From contig CALWOK010000171.1 of assembly GCA_944383125.1 (NCBI GenBank), forward strand, positions 1 to 54,224: a stretch of DNA of 54,224 bases. The letters are read 5' to 3'. Position numbers and translations under genes: made by a program. The stretch comes from an uncultured Flavonifractor sp. Its GTDB lineage: Bacteria > Bacillota > Clostridia > Oscillospirales > Oscillospiraceae. Numbering within the stretch: the first letter of the stretch is position 1; every line of letters begins with the position of its first letter. The notes beneath the pieces were generated by a model. The model saw only the letters and a list, made by a program, of their open reading frames with translations, was not told the DNA's origin and searched no databases. Shown here one piece after another: positions 9,385-18,076 of the stretch.

Positions 9385-10587
9385 ATGCCGGAATCACTGC
9401 CTATCACACCTTATGTCCCTCAATATATCACCGTCCACCTTGGCGCACCCAGTGCCAATGCGGAAAATGTAACGGTGTCCTTTCCTGACTATGTAAAAAA
9501 TGTGGCCTCCAGTGAAATCTATCCCACCTGGAAGCCTGCGGCCCTGCGGGCGAATATCCTGGCCATCATCTCCTTTGCGCTCAACCGGGTATACACTGAA
9601 TTTTATCCCAGCCGGGGCTATCCCTTTAACATTACCTCCAGTACCGCATATGACCAAAAGTTCATCAAAGGCCGCAATATTTTTGAGAACATCAGCCAGC
9701 TGGTAGACGACATGTTCAATACCTACATACGGCGCATCGGCTTTGTAGAGCCGCTGGCGGCAAAATTCTGCAACGGCACCACCGTTACCTGTGACGGGCT
9801 TTCCCAGTGGGGCAGCCAGGCCCTGGCAGAAGAGGGGGCCGACTATATGTCCATTCTGCGCTCTTATTACGGAGATAACATTGAACTTGTGACCAATGCC
9901 CCTGTTACCGGCATTCGGTATTCCTATCCGGGCGCACCGCTGCGTCGTGGTTCACGGGGAGAGGCGGTACAGCGCATCCAGGTCATGCTGAACCGCATCT
10001 CCCAGGACTATCCTGCCATACCCAAGGTCTATCCGGTGGACGGCATTTATGGCCCTGCCACCGAAAATGCGGTGCAGATATTTCAGCAAATTTTTGATCT
10101 GACGCCGGATGGCGTTGTGGGGAATGCCACATGGTACAAGATGGTATTCCTCTATGTGGGGGTACTGGATCTGGCGGAACTCATCAGCCAGGGACAGACG
10201 TACTATCCGGGCAGCGGGTCCCAGCCCTTACCCAGCGTACTGGCAGAGGGAGCACGTGGTGATTCCGTCCGCACCATCCAGTATGTCATCTCGGTGGTAT
10301 CGGAGTTTTACACCAACATTCCCCGTCTGGCCATTGACGGTATTTATGGTCCTGCCACCAAAAATGCGGTGATCGCCCTCCAACGCATGAGTGGTCTGCC
10401 GCAGGACGGCATTATGGGTCCCGCTACCTGGCAGGCCCTGTATCAGCTCTATGCAGGCATTGTTGATACCGTAGAAAACGATACAAATGTCATCCCTCCT
10501 GCTTTCCGTCCTGACATCCCGGACAGCCAGGCCACCGGCCTGACACAATTTCCCGGCCGGACCCTCACGCTGGGTTCTGCCGATTGA
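9385..10587 (+). CDS. sleC: SleC-like spore cortex-lytic enzyme: catalytic (SpoIID-like) domain plus two peptidoglycan-binding domains
   Basis: VPQYITVHLG...FPDYVKNVASSEIYPTW...ANILAIISFALNRVYTEFY...ITSSTAYDQKF...C.G....C..LSQWGS; two PG_binding repeats containing DGIYGPAT.NAV. Confidence 0.85.
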   Translation: MPESLPITPYVPQYITVHLGAPSANAENVTVSFPDYVKNVASSEIYPTWKPAALRANILAIISFALNRVYTEFYPSRGYPFNITSSTAYDQKFIKGRNIFENISQLVDDMFNTYIRRIGFVEPLAAKFCNGTTVTCDGLSQWGSQALAEEGADYMSILRSYYGDNIELVTNAPVTGIRYSYPGAPLRRGSRGEAVQRIQVMLNRISQDYPAIPKVYPVDGIYGPATENAVQIFQQIFDLTPDGVVGNATWYKMVFLYVGVLDLAELISQGQTYYPGSGSQPLPSVLAEGARGDSVRTIQYVISVVSEFYTNIPRLAIDGIYGPATKNAVIALQRMSGLPQDGIMGPATWQALYQLYAGIVDTVENDTNVIPPAFRPDIPDSQATGLTQFPGRTLTLGSAD

Positions 10588-10600
10588 TAGGAGGACTGTT

Positions 10601-11128
10601 ATGTACACAACCCAACAGATCCGGCTGATTGGTCAGCCTGTCCGCAGCCTTCAGACCATGCTGCGTGCCTTATCCTTTGCCTATGATTTTCTCCCACGCC
10701 TGACTCCGGACGGCATTTTTGGGGAGCGCACCCTGGAAGCGGTTATGCTCTTCCAACGGGAATTTCATCCACCGGTTACGGGCAGGGTCAATCAGAGCAC
10801 CTGGGATGCCATTGCCAACCTGTATCGCCTTGGGGTGGCTGCCGGTACCTGGAGTGCCGGTGGGTTTCCGGCCGGCGGAATAACTGTGGCACCCGGCAGC
10901 TCCAGTGTCCATATCAATGTCCTGCAATCCATGTTCCGGGCCTTGGCTCAGGTGCTGGAGGAGGTGGAAGAGGGGGCAGTGACCGGCGTCAATGATCCAG
11001 TCACTGCCCGGAATATCCGCTGGCTCCAGCGGATTGCCAACCGTCCGGAAACCGGCATCCTGGATCAATCCACCTGGAATTTAGCTGCCCGGCTGTACAC
11101 GATATTCGTGACTCTGGCGCAGGCATAA
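10601..11128 (+). CDS. Peptidoglycan-binding domain protein
   Basis: VRSLQTML...DGIFGERTLEAVMLFQ...TGRVNQSTW plus a second degenerate repeat (LQ...ETGILDQSTW); SD GGAGG. Confidence 0.8.
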   Translation: MYTTQQIRLIGQPVRSLQTMLRALSFAYDFLPRLTPDGIFGERTLEAVMLFQREFHPPVTGRVNQSTWDAIANLYRLGVAAGTWSAGGFPAGGITVAPGSSSVHINVLQSMFRALAQVLEEVEEGAVTGVNDPVTARNIRWLQRIANRPETGILDQSTWNLAARLYTIFVTLAQA

Positions 11129-11136
11129 CCATCAAC

Positions 11137-11176
11137 GCACCAGGACCTGCTGTCAGCTGACAGCAGGTCCCGGTGC
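11137..11176. repeat. Inverted repeat (perfect 28-bp core) between convergent genes, probable terminator
   Basis: GCACC-a-GGACCTGCTGTCAG|CTGACAGCAGGTCC-c-GGTGC; no U-tract on either side. Confidence 0.7.
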
Positions 11177-11506
11177 TCAGGTTTCATGATCCACGGTTTT
11201 CATTTGTTTCAGATTGCCAATCTTGTGGCTGCGGCGTTCCAGCTCCTCCAAAACCGCTTCCAGGGGAATTTCCTGGGCAGCCATCAGTACCATCAGGTGG
11301 TAGATCAGATCGGAGATCTCCCCAACCGTCTCCTCCTGCTTGTTGTTTTTGGCGGCGATGATGGTTTCAGCGCACTCTTCCCCCACCTTTTTTAAAATCT
11401 TGTCCAGGCCCTTCTCAAAAAGATAGCAGGTGTAAGAACCCTCCTGTGGGTGGCTCTTCCGGCTCAACACCACCTGATACAGCTCCTGCAGTACAGTGTC
11501 GCTCAT
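11177..11506 (-). CDS. hisE: Phosphoribosyl-ATP diphosphatase
   Basis: GSYTCYLFEKGLDKILKKVGEE..E...EISDLIYH; ATG 11506 overlaps the hisI stop. Confidence 0.95.
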   Translation of the reverse strand: MSDTVLQELYQVVLSRKSHPQEGSYTCYLFEKGLDKILKKVGEECAETIIAAKNNKQEETVGEISDLIYHLMVLMAAQEIPLEAVLEELERRSHKIGNLKQMKTVDHET

Positions 11507-11829
11507 GTCTCTTCCTCCCAAATCGTATTGAAAAAGCAGCTTTTGGCTCCGGTATGGCAGGTAGGGCCAACCGGCCGGCACAGATAGAGCAGGGTATCGG
11601 TGTCACAGTCGGTTACTACCTTTTTGACATGGAGGAAATGGCCGGAACTCTCCCCCTTGTTCCACAGCGTTTGGCGGCTGCGGGACCAGAACCAGGCGGT
11701 TTTGGTCTGTAAGGTCAGCTCTACCGCTTCCCGGTTGGTAAAGCCAACCATGAGGACCTCCATCGTCTCTTCATCTTGAATGACAACCGGAATCAGGTCG
11801 GACTTTTGAAACAGCATGTGCAGATCCAT
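11503..11829 (-). CDS. hisI: Phosphoribosyl-AMP cyclohydrolase
   Basis: WSRSRQTLWNKGESSGH, DCDTDTLL, GPTCHTGAKSCF. Confidence 0.97.
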   Translation of the reverse strand: MDLHMLFQKSDLIPVVIQDEETMEVLMVGFTNREAVELTLQTKTAWFWSRSRQTLWNKGESSGHFLHVKKVVTDCDTDTLLYLCRPVGPTCHTGAKSCFFNTIWEEET

Positions 11830-11841
11830 GCGATACTCACC

Positions 11842-12075
11842 TCAATATTCCCAGGGCGGCTTTTCTTCTTTCCAGTCCCAGGGATCTTCTCCGCCCCGCC
11901 GGTCCCGGCGGGCAGTCAGTTTGGGCGTCTGGGATACCGTCTTTGGTACAGGGCGGTTGGTTTTCCGCTGATGTTTTTGCTTTGACAGGGGTGTTTTGGA
12001 AATGGCGCCGGCCAAGGTGTCGGCCTTTGCCCCACTCAACAGGCCGGAGACAGCATCCATCAGATCTTCCAACAT
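11842..12075 (-). CDS. Small hypothetical protein (77 aa) inside the his operon
   Basis: ATG with purine-rich SD (GGAGGGA); fills the hisF-hisI gap on the operon strand; no recognisable family. Confidence 0.65.
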   Translation of the reverse strand: MLEDLMDAVSGLLSGAKADTLAGAISKTPLSKQKHQRKTNRPVPKTVSQTPKLTARRDRRGGEDPWDWKEEKPPWEY

Positions 12076-12096
12076 TTCCGTGTCCCTCCTGTTCTG

Positions 12097-12852
12097 TCAA
12101 CGCACCGGAATGGATACTTCCTTTAAATATTCCTTGACCTGTGGGACGGTCAGTTCCCCGAAGTGGAACAGGGACGCCGCCAGAGCAGCATCGCAGTTGG
12201 TTGTATGGAACACTTCTGCAAAGTGTGACAGAGAGCCGCATCCTCCAGAGGCAATCACCGGGATGGAGACAGCCTGGGTCACTGCCTTGGTCATCTCCAG
12301 GTCGAAACCCGCCTTGGTACCGTCGGCATCCATGGAGGTAAGGAGAATTTCACCGGCGCCCAAAGCTTCCCCCTGCTTCACCCATGCAATCAGGTCAAGA
12401 CCAGTGGGCTTGCGTCCCCCTGCCACCACCACTTCCCAGGTACCGTCTCCACGGGAACGGGCGTCCACCGCCAGTACGACACACTGGGAACCAAACCGCT
12501 GAGCCGCTTCGGAAATGAGCTGAGGGCGAGCCACAGCGGCAGAGTTGACCGAAATCTTGTCCGCTCCTGCCCGCAGCAGCCGCTGAAAGTCCTCCAGCGT
12601 ACGGATACCGCCTCCCACCGTCAGGGGGACAAAGACCTGGGCGGCGGTACGCTCCACCACATCGGCTACGGTGTCCCGGGCATCGCTGGTGGCCGTAATA
12701 TCCAGAAAAACAATCTCGTCAGCCCCCTGGTTAGAGTAGTATTTGGCCAGTTCCACCGGATCGCCGGCGTCCCGGATGTTGACAAAGTTGACCCCCTTCA
12801 CCACCCGGCCGTCCCGCACGTCCAGGCAGGGAATGATTCGTTTGGCTAGCAT
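12097..12852 (-). CDS. hisF: Imidazole glycerol phosphate synthase cyclase subunit
   Basis: [21 protein letters not shown]...DAGDPVE; TSMDADGT. Confidence 0.99.
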   Translation of the reverse strand: MLAKRIIPCLDVRDGRVVKGVNFVNIRDAGDPVELAKYYSNQGADEIVFLDITATSDARDTVADVVERTAAQVFVPLTVGGGIRTLEDFQRLLRAGADKISVNSAAVARPQLISEAAQRFGSQCVVLAVDARSRGDGTWEVVVAGGRKPTGLDLIAWVKQGEALGAGEILLTSMDADGTKAGFDLEMTKAVTQAVSIPVIASGGCGSLSHFAEVFHTTNCDAALAASLFHFGELTVPQVKEYLKEVSIPVR

Positions 12853-13568
12853 TGATCCCCCGCCTCCTTCACTGCCTGAGCCAAATCTACGGTTCCGGCA
12901 TAATAGGCCTTCCCGATGATGGCGCCATACAGCCCCATCGCATGGAGCTGCTCCAGATCCCTGTTGGCGGACACTCCGCCGGAGGCTACAATGCGGCAGC
13001 TGACCGCCCTTTGCAGCTCTGCCAGCCGGTCAAAGGAAGGGCCGGACAGCATCCCATCGGTGGCAATATCCGTAAAGATAATAACCTTTACACCAAGATC
13101 CTCCATAGAGCGGGCAAAGTCCAGATATGGAAGGCCGGAGGACTGCTCCCACCCTGCGGTTTTCACAATGCCGTCCATGGCGTCAATGCCCACAGCGATA
13201 CGCTCGCCATATTGGGATACGGCTTCTTTGACAAATGCCGGGTGACTGACAGCAGCGGAGCCGATGACACACCGCCATACCCCAAGGGCAAAGGCGGCTT
13301 CCACATCCTTCATGGAGCGAATACCGCCTCCCAGTTCCACCTTCAGGCCGGATTCCTCTGCCACAGCCTGTACAATGGACCCATTTTGCCGCACACCGCT
13401 GCGGGCGCCGTCCAGGTCCACCATATGGATATGCCGGGCGCCAGCCTCATAAAAGGTTCGGGCGGTAGCCAGAGGGCTGTCGGCCACCTGGTGGGCCGTT
13501 GCAAAATCTCCTTTGTAAAGCCGTACCGCTTTGCCATCCTTCAAGTCAATGGCTGGAAACAGGATCAT
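12846..13568 (-). CDS. hisA: ProFAR isomerase
   Basis: [40 protein letters not shown]; start at ATG 13568 overlapping the hisH stop. Confidence 0.97.
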   Translation of the reverse strand: MILFPAIDLKDGKAVRLYKGDFATAHQVADSPLATARTFYEAGARHIHMVDLDGARSGVRQNGSIVQAVAEESGLKVELGGGIRSMKDVEAAFALGVWRCVIGSAAVSHPAFVKEAVSQYGERIAVGIDAMDGIVKTAGWEQSSGLPYLDFARSMEDLGVKVIIFTDIATDGMLSGPSFDRLAELQRAVSCRIVASGGVSANRDLEQLHAMGLYGAIIGKAYYAGTVDLAQAVKEAGDQC

Positions 13569-14173
13569 GAGTTCAACCCTCCGAAATTTCGTAAAATTTG
13601 CAAGCCCACCTCGCCGCTCTTTTCCGGGTGGAACTGGCAGCCAAATACATTGCCTTTCTGTACCGCCGCTACCACGGGGGCGCCATAGTCGGTGGCTGCA
13701 ATGATTGTGGAGGGATCTGATGCCACCCCGCAAAAGGAGTGGACAAAGTAGACATAGCTCCCTGTGTCTACACCGGCAAAGAGCGGGGACGGGTTGGGAA
13801 AGGTCAGGCTGTTCCAGCCGATGTGGGGCAGCTTCAGGCTGGTATCAATCCTGCTGACATGACCGCCAACAAGGGAAAGCCCTTTACAGTCTCTCCCCTC
13901 TTCTCCCCGGTCAAAGAGCAGCTGCATGCCCAGGCAGATGCCCAGCATGGGTTTTTTCTCACTCTGCGCCACCAGGATCTGCTCCAGACCGGTGGCCCGC
14001 AGCTGATCCGCCGCATCGGGAAAGGCTCCTACGCCGGGGAGCAGGATGGAATCGGCCCGCTCCAGTTCCCTAGGGTCCCTGGTAATGCAGGTGTTCAGGC
14101 CCAGATAGTCCATGGCGTTGGTGACACTCTTCAGATTGCCTACGCCATAGTCCACAATGGCAGTATATCCCAT
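13565..14173 (-). CDS. hisH: Imidazole glycerol phosphate synthase glutaminase subunit
   Basis: DYGVGNL, PGVGAF, GICLGMQ, QFHPEKS (catalytic triad motifs). Confidence 0.97.
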   Translation of the reverse strand: MGYTAIVDYGVGNLKSVTNAMDYLGLNTCITRDPRELERADSILLPGVGAFPDAADQLRATGLEQILVAQSEKKPMLGICLGMQLLFDRGEEGRDCKGLSLVGGHVSRIDTSLKLPHIGWNSLTFPNPSPLFAGVDTGSYVYFVHSFCGVASDPSTIIAATDYGAPVVAAVQKGNVFGCQFHPEKSGEVGLQILRNFGGLNS

Positions 14174-14754
14174 CAGAGCACCCCCTTGGTGGAGGTCACG
14201 CCGGTTCCGGTAACTGCCACTGCCTCTTTCACCGCAACCCCCAGAGACTTGAACAGGGCCTCGGTAATATGGTGGGCATTCCTTCCATAGTGACACTTCA
14301 TATGCAAGGTCAAACCGCTATGTACGGCAAAGGCCCGCATAAACTCTTCGGTCAGACAGGCATCGTAGCCGCCGATCATCGGCTGGGGCATGGGTGCGTC
14401 AAAGACCAGGAAAGGCCGGTTGGAAAAGTCCAGTGCAGTAAAGCACAGGGCTTCATCCATGGGAATAAAGGCAGAGGCATACCGGCGGATGCCCTTCCGG
14501 TCCCCCAGCGCCTGCTTCATCGCCTCCCCCAGTACAATGCCCACGTCTTCTACTGAGTGATGGCCGTCTACCTCCAGATCGCCTTTGACGGACAACTCCA
14601 GGCCAAGGCCCCCATAAAAGGCAAAGGCGGTGAGCATATGGTCAAAGAACCCGATTCCGGTGGAAATGTTTACCGGCCCTCCCTCCAGAGAGAGCGTCAG
14701 GCTGATGTCGGTTTCCTTGGTGGTGCGGGTCAGTTGGGCTGTTCTCATGGTCAT
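14173..14754 (-). CDS. hisB: Imidazoleglycerol-phosphate dehydratase (monofunctional)
   Basis: RTTKETDI, FFDHML, DGHHSVED, NAHHITE; no N-terminal phosphatase domain. Confidence 0.97.
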   Translation of the reverse strand: MTMRTAQLTRTTKETDISLTLSLEGGPVNISTGIGFFDHMLTAFAFYGGLGLELSVKGDLEVDGHHSVEDVGIVLGEAMKQALGDRKGIRRYASAFIPMDEALCFTALDFSNRPFLVFDAPMPQPMIGGYDACLTEEFMRAFAVHSGLTLHMKCHYGRNAHHITEALFKSLGVAVKEAVAVTGTGVTSTKGVL

Positions 14755-14789
14755 TCTCCTTTGCAGAGAGGGTTCAAAGGGCCAAGCCC

Positions 14790-16067
14790 CTACGGTTCAA
14801 ACCGCACCCGGATGGAATTTGCGTGGGCGGTGAGGTGCTCTGCCTCAGCCAAAGCCACAATCTGTTCCTGAACAGGAGCCAGACTGGCCTGGTCATACTG
14901 GATGATACTCATGGTTTTCAGGAAGCTGTCCACACTGAGCGGGGAGAAAAAGCGGGCTGTGCCGCTGGTGGGCAGCACATGGTCCGGTCCTGCCAGGTAG
15001 TCCCCCAAAGGCTCGGGGGACCAGGCCCCCAGAAAGACAGCCCCGGCATTTTTGATCTGAGGCAGCAATGCCCTAGGATCTTCGGTGACAATTTCCAGGT
15101 GTTCAGGGGCAATTTCGTCGGCCAAGGCTGCGCAGTGGTGGAGGGTGTCGCACACAATGGCACAGCCAAAATCCCGCAGGGAGCACTCCATAATTTCCGA
15201 GCGGCTGAGATAGCCGGTCTGGCGGACAATCTCCCGGTCAACCGCCTGGGCCAGCTCCATGGAATCGGTCAGCAGCACAGCGGAGGCCAGTTTGTCGTGC
15301 TCCGCCTGGCTCAGCAGATCGGCGGCCACAAATTTGGGATTGGCCTTACCGTCGGCAATTACCAACACCTCAGAGGGACCGGCCACCATGTCAATGTCCA
15401 GCTTACCGTAGGCCATCCGCTTGGCGGCGGCCACATAGGCGTTGCCCGGGCCAACCAGCTTATCCACCCGGGGAATGAAGCCTGCCCCATATGTGAGAGC
15501 GGCAACCGCCTGGGCGCCGCCTACGGCAATGACCCGGTCTACCCCGGCAATTTTGGCAGCGGCCAGTACGGCGTCGTTCAGATTTTCGGTGGGCGGAGTC
15601 ACCATAATGATCTCCTCCACCCCTGCCACCTTGGCGGGGACAGCGTTCATCAGCACGCTGCTGGGGTAGGCTGCCGTTCCGCCTGGCACATAGATCCCCA
15701 CCCGGGTAAGCCCCCGTACCACCCGGCCAACCACGCCTCCGTCTGGGGAGCGCCATTCCTGGGTGCGGATGAGCAGCTTTTCATTATAATCCCGGATATT
15801 GGATGCTGCCCGCTCCAATGCTGCAATTAACTGGGGAGGACAGCGGCGATAGGCCTCTTCCAGCTCTTGCGGCGCAATCTCCCGGGGTTCTGCTCCGTCA
15901 AAGCGCAGAGAATAGTCCCTGACTGCTTCAAAGCCCTCTGCTCTGACCCGGTTCAGAATTTCCACTACGGCGGTATCAATGGCCTGATTGGCCTGGGCCG
16001 CTCTGGCCCGCATGGCCTCCATGACTGCCTGTTCGGCAGCGCCATCTGCTTTTACAATCTGAATCAT
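14790..16067 (-). CDS. hisD: Histidinol dehydrogenase
   Basis: YVPGG, GPGNAYV, DMVAGPSE, SQAEHD, APEHLE, HVLPTSG. Confidence 0.99.
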   Translation of the reverse strand: MIQIVKADGAAEQAVMEAMRARAAQANQAIDTAVVEILNRVRAEGFEAVRDYSLRFDGAEPREIAPQELEEAYRRCPPQLIAALERAASNIRDYNEKLLIRTQEWRSPDGGVVGRVVRGLTRVGIYVPGGTAAYPSSVLMNAVPAKVAGVEEIIMVTPPTENLNDAVLAAAKIAGVDRVIAVGGAQAVAALTYGAGFIPRVDKLVGPGNAYVAAAKRMAYGKLDIDMVAGPSEVLVIADGKANPKFVAADLLSQAEHDKLASAVLLTDSMELAQAVDREIVRQTGYLSRSEIMECSLRDFGCAIVCDTLHHCAALADEIAPEHLEIVTEDPRALLPQIKNAGAVFLGAWSPEPLGDYLAGPDHVLPTSGTARFFSPLSVDSFLKTMSIIQYDQASLAPVQEQIVALAEAEHLTAHANSIRVRFEP

Positions 16068-16705
16068 GTACGCTTCTCCAGTTCTCCCTCACAGCGGGCA
16101 ATCAAGTCTGCGATTTCATCCTTATATAGCTTCATGCTGGCAGTATTGACAATCAACCGGGCGGACACCGGCGCCACCTCCTCAATAGGGACCAGACCGT
16201 TGGCCTTCAGGGTTGCCCCCGTCTCCACAATGTCAACAATGGCGTCTGCCAGGTTGAGGATGGGGGCCAGCTCTACGCTTCCCTCAATTTTGATGATATC
16301 CACATCCATCCCCTTTTTTTCAAAGAAGGAACGGGTGACTTCAGGGTATTTCGAGGCAACCCGACGGGTCTTATAGGTACCATAGAAATCACTGCCCTCC
16401 TTGACTGCCAGGGCAAACCGGCACTTGCCAAAGCCCAGGTCCAGCACCTCATAAAAGGAGCCTCCCTTTTCCAGGATGGTGTCCTTTCCTACAATACCCA
16501 GGTCGCATACCCCGTGTTCCACATAGGTAATCACATCGGGGGCCTTGGCCAGCACCGCATCCAGAGGATAGTTGGGCAGACAGTGAACCAACCGGCGCCC
16601 GGGGTTGCGGATGGGGGTACAGTCCAATCCTGCCGCCTCAAAAAGCTCCACGCTCTGATCCAGCAGCCGCCCCTTGGTGATGGCAATTTTCAGCCGTTCG
16701 CTCAT
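16064..16705 (-). CDS. hisG: ATP phosphoribosyltransferase, short form
   Basis: IAITKGRL, DLGIVGKD, GSVELAP...DAIVDIVETGATL; 213 aa. Confidence 0.98.
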   Translation of the reverse strand: MSERLKIAITKGRLLDQSVELFEAAGLDCTPIRNPGRRLVHCLPNYPLDAVLAKAPDVITYVEHGVCDLGIVGKDTILEKGGSFYEVLDLGFGKCRFALAVKEGSDFYGTYKTRRVASKYPEVTRSFFEKKGMDVDIIKIEGSVELAPILNLADAIVDIVETGATLKANGLVPIEEVAPVSARLIVNTASMKLYKDEIADLIARCEGELEKRT

Positions 16706-17871
16706 ACTGTCACCGTCCTTTCTCCGTCTTTGTCAAAGACCAGCACCCGCTCCACACCCTTATCCCGGGCCAGATTCAGGCTGGACTCCAGGGTGCGGCA
16801 GGGGGACAGTTCACAGGTACCGGCGGGGCAGCTGTCCACCGCCTCCAGAGCCTGCGCCAGATAACCCGGCTCGTAATGAACCACGGTGCGCAGCACCGGC
16901 GGCACAAGCTGCGGTAAGGTACGGGCCACGGCATCCACATCCACCGCAAAGCCGGTGGCCTGGGCCTCCCGGCCAAAGACCCCCACCAGGTTATCATACC
17001 GGCCGCCGGACAGGACGGCGTCTCCCGCCCCCTCCACATAGCCCCGGAACACCACGCCGGTATAGTAGTCAATTTGGTGTACCATGCCCAGGTCAAAGCG
17101 GATGTACTGGCCATATCCGGCGGCAGACAGCTCGTCATAGAGGCTGGAAAGGTAATCCACGGCGGGAGTTTGCCCTGCCAGACGCTCTGCCTGGGCCAGT
17201 ACTTCCACCCCGCCGAACAGACGGCTCAGCTGTGCCAGAGCGGCGCAGGCGGGATGGCCCTGGTAAGGCGTAAGAAAATCCACCAGGGCGGCAAAGTTCT
17301 TACCCTCAATCAGAGCACGCATCTCCTCAGCCCCATCATCGGCCAGCTCCAGCCGGCCGGCCAGCTCCCGGAAAAATCCGGCGTGGCCCAGCTCCACATG
17401 GAACTTGGGGGCGCCGCAGCACCGCAGTGCATCAATGGCGGTGGCGATGATTTCCAGATCGGCCTTTTTCCCTTTGGCGCCAATGAGTTCCACGCCGCAC
17501 TGGGGAATTTCCCGGCTGCTACCGTTGTGGGCAGGATTGGCACGATACACAGTCTGGTCATAGTAGAGCCGCTGTGGGAGCGCAACTGCTTTTAATTTGG
17601 TGGCAGCCACCCGGGCAATGGGGGTGGTGGAATCGGGCCGCATGACACAGAACTTGCCGCTGGGATCTCCCACCTTGATCATCTGTTCCTGGGAGATTGC
17701 GCTGCCTGATCGGGCAAAGAGATCGTAAAATTCGGTATCCGGTGTGGATACCTCCAGAAATCCCCGTTGACGGAACAGCCGGGTCAGCCTGGCCTGTACC
17801 TGACGGCGCTCCTGGCACTCGGCAAAGAGACGGTCCCGGGTTCCCTCCGGGGTATTGATGTTAAATTTCAT
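16702..17871 (-). CDS. hisZ: ATP phosphoribosyltransferase regulatory subunit
   Basis: HisRS-like PEGTRD, RPDSTTPIAR, QCGVELIG, YYTG, GGRYD; adjacent to short hisG. Confidence 0.95.
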   Translation of the reverse strand: MKFNINTPEGTRDRLFAECQERRQVQARLTRLFRQRGFLEVSTPDTEFYDLFARSGSAISQEQMIKVGDPSGKFCVMRPDSTTPIARVAATKLKAVALPQRLYYDQTVYRANPAHNGSSREIPQCGVELIGAKGKKADLEIIATAIDALRCCGAPKFHVELGHAGFFRELAGRLELADDGAEEMRALIEGKNFAALVDFLTPYQGHPACAALAQLSRLFGGVEVLAQAERLAGQTPAVDYLSSLYDELSAAGYGQYIRFDLGMVHQIDYYTGVVFRGYVEGAGDAVLSGGRYDNLVGVFGREAQATGFAVDVDAVARTLPQLVPPVLRTVVHYEPGYLAQALEAVDSCPAGTCELSPCRTLESSLNLARDKGVERVLVFDKDGERTVTV

Positions 17872-17885
17872 GGTGGCACTCCTTA

Positions 17886-17936
17886 TACTTTAGCACGCTA
17901 CCACGTTAATATAATGGATATCTGCTGGTTTGTCAA
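17886..17936 (-). promoter_or_regulatory. SigA promoter of the his operon with a HisR-type operator over the transcription start
   Basis: Minus strand TTGACA (17936-17931), 17 bp, TATATT (17913-17908). TACTTTAG-CACG-CTACCACG (17886-17905) resembles the box at 44641. Confidence 0.7.
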
Positions 17937-18033
17937 GCATTGTTTGGAAAAATCCACAGGTCATGTCCGCAAACCGGCGGTTGTTTCCGCCCTTATTATA
18001 GCTGAATTTTTTGGCAGTCACAATAGCAACTGG

Positions 18034-18073
18034 TAAAACTGGCCTGCTGCAGCCGTGCAGCAGGCCAGTTTTA
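18034..18073 (-). terminator. Terminator after polC
   Basis: 18-bp stem TAAAACTGGCCTGCTGCA / TGCAGCAGGCCAGTTTTA with a 4-nt loop, 3 nt after the polC stop. Confidence 0.85.
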
Positions 18074-18076
18074 TGG

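Noticed and set aside
12846-14296. N-terminally extended hisA and hisH ORFs in the ORF track
   Set aside because: The extensions overlap upstream genes; the conserved N-termini begin at 13568 and 14173.
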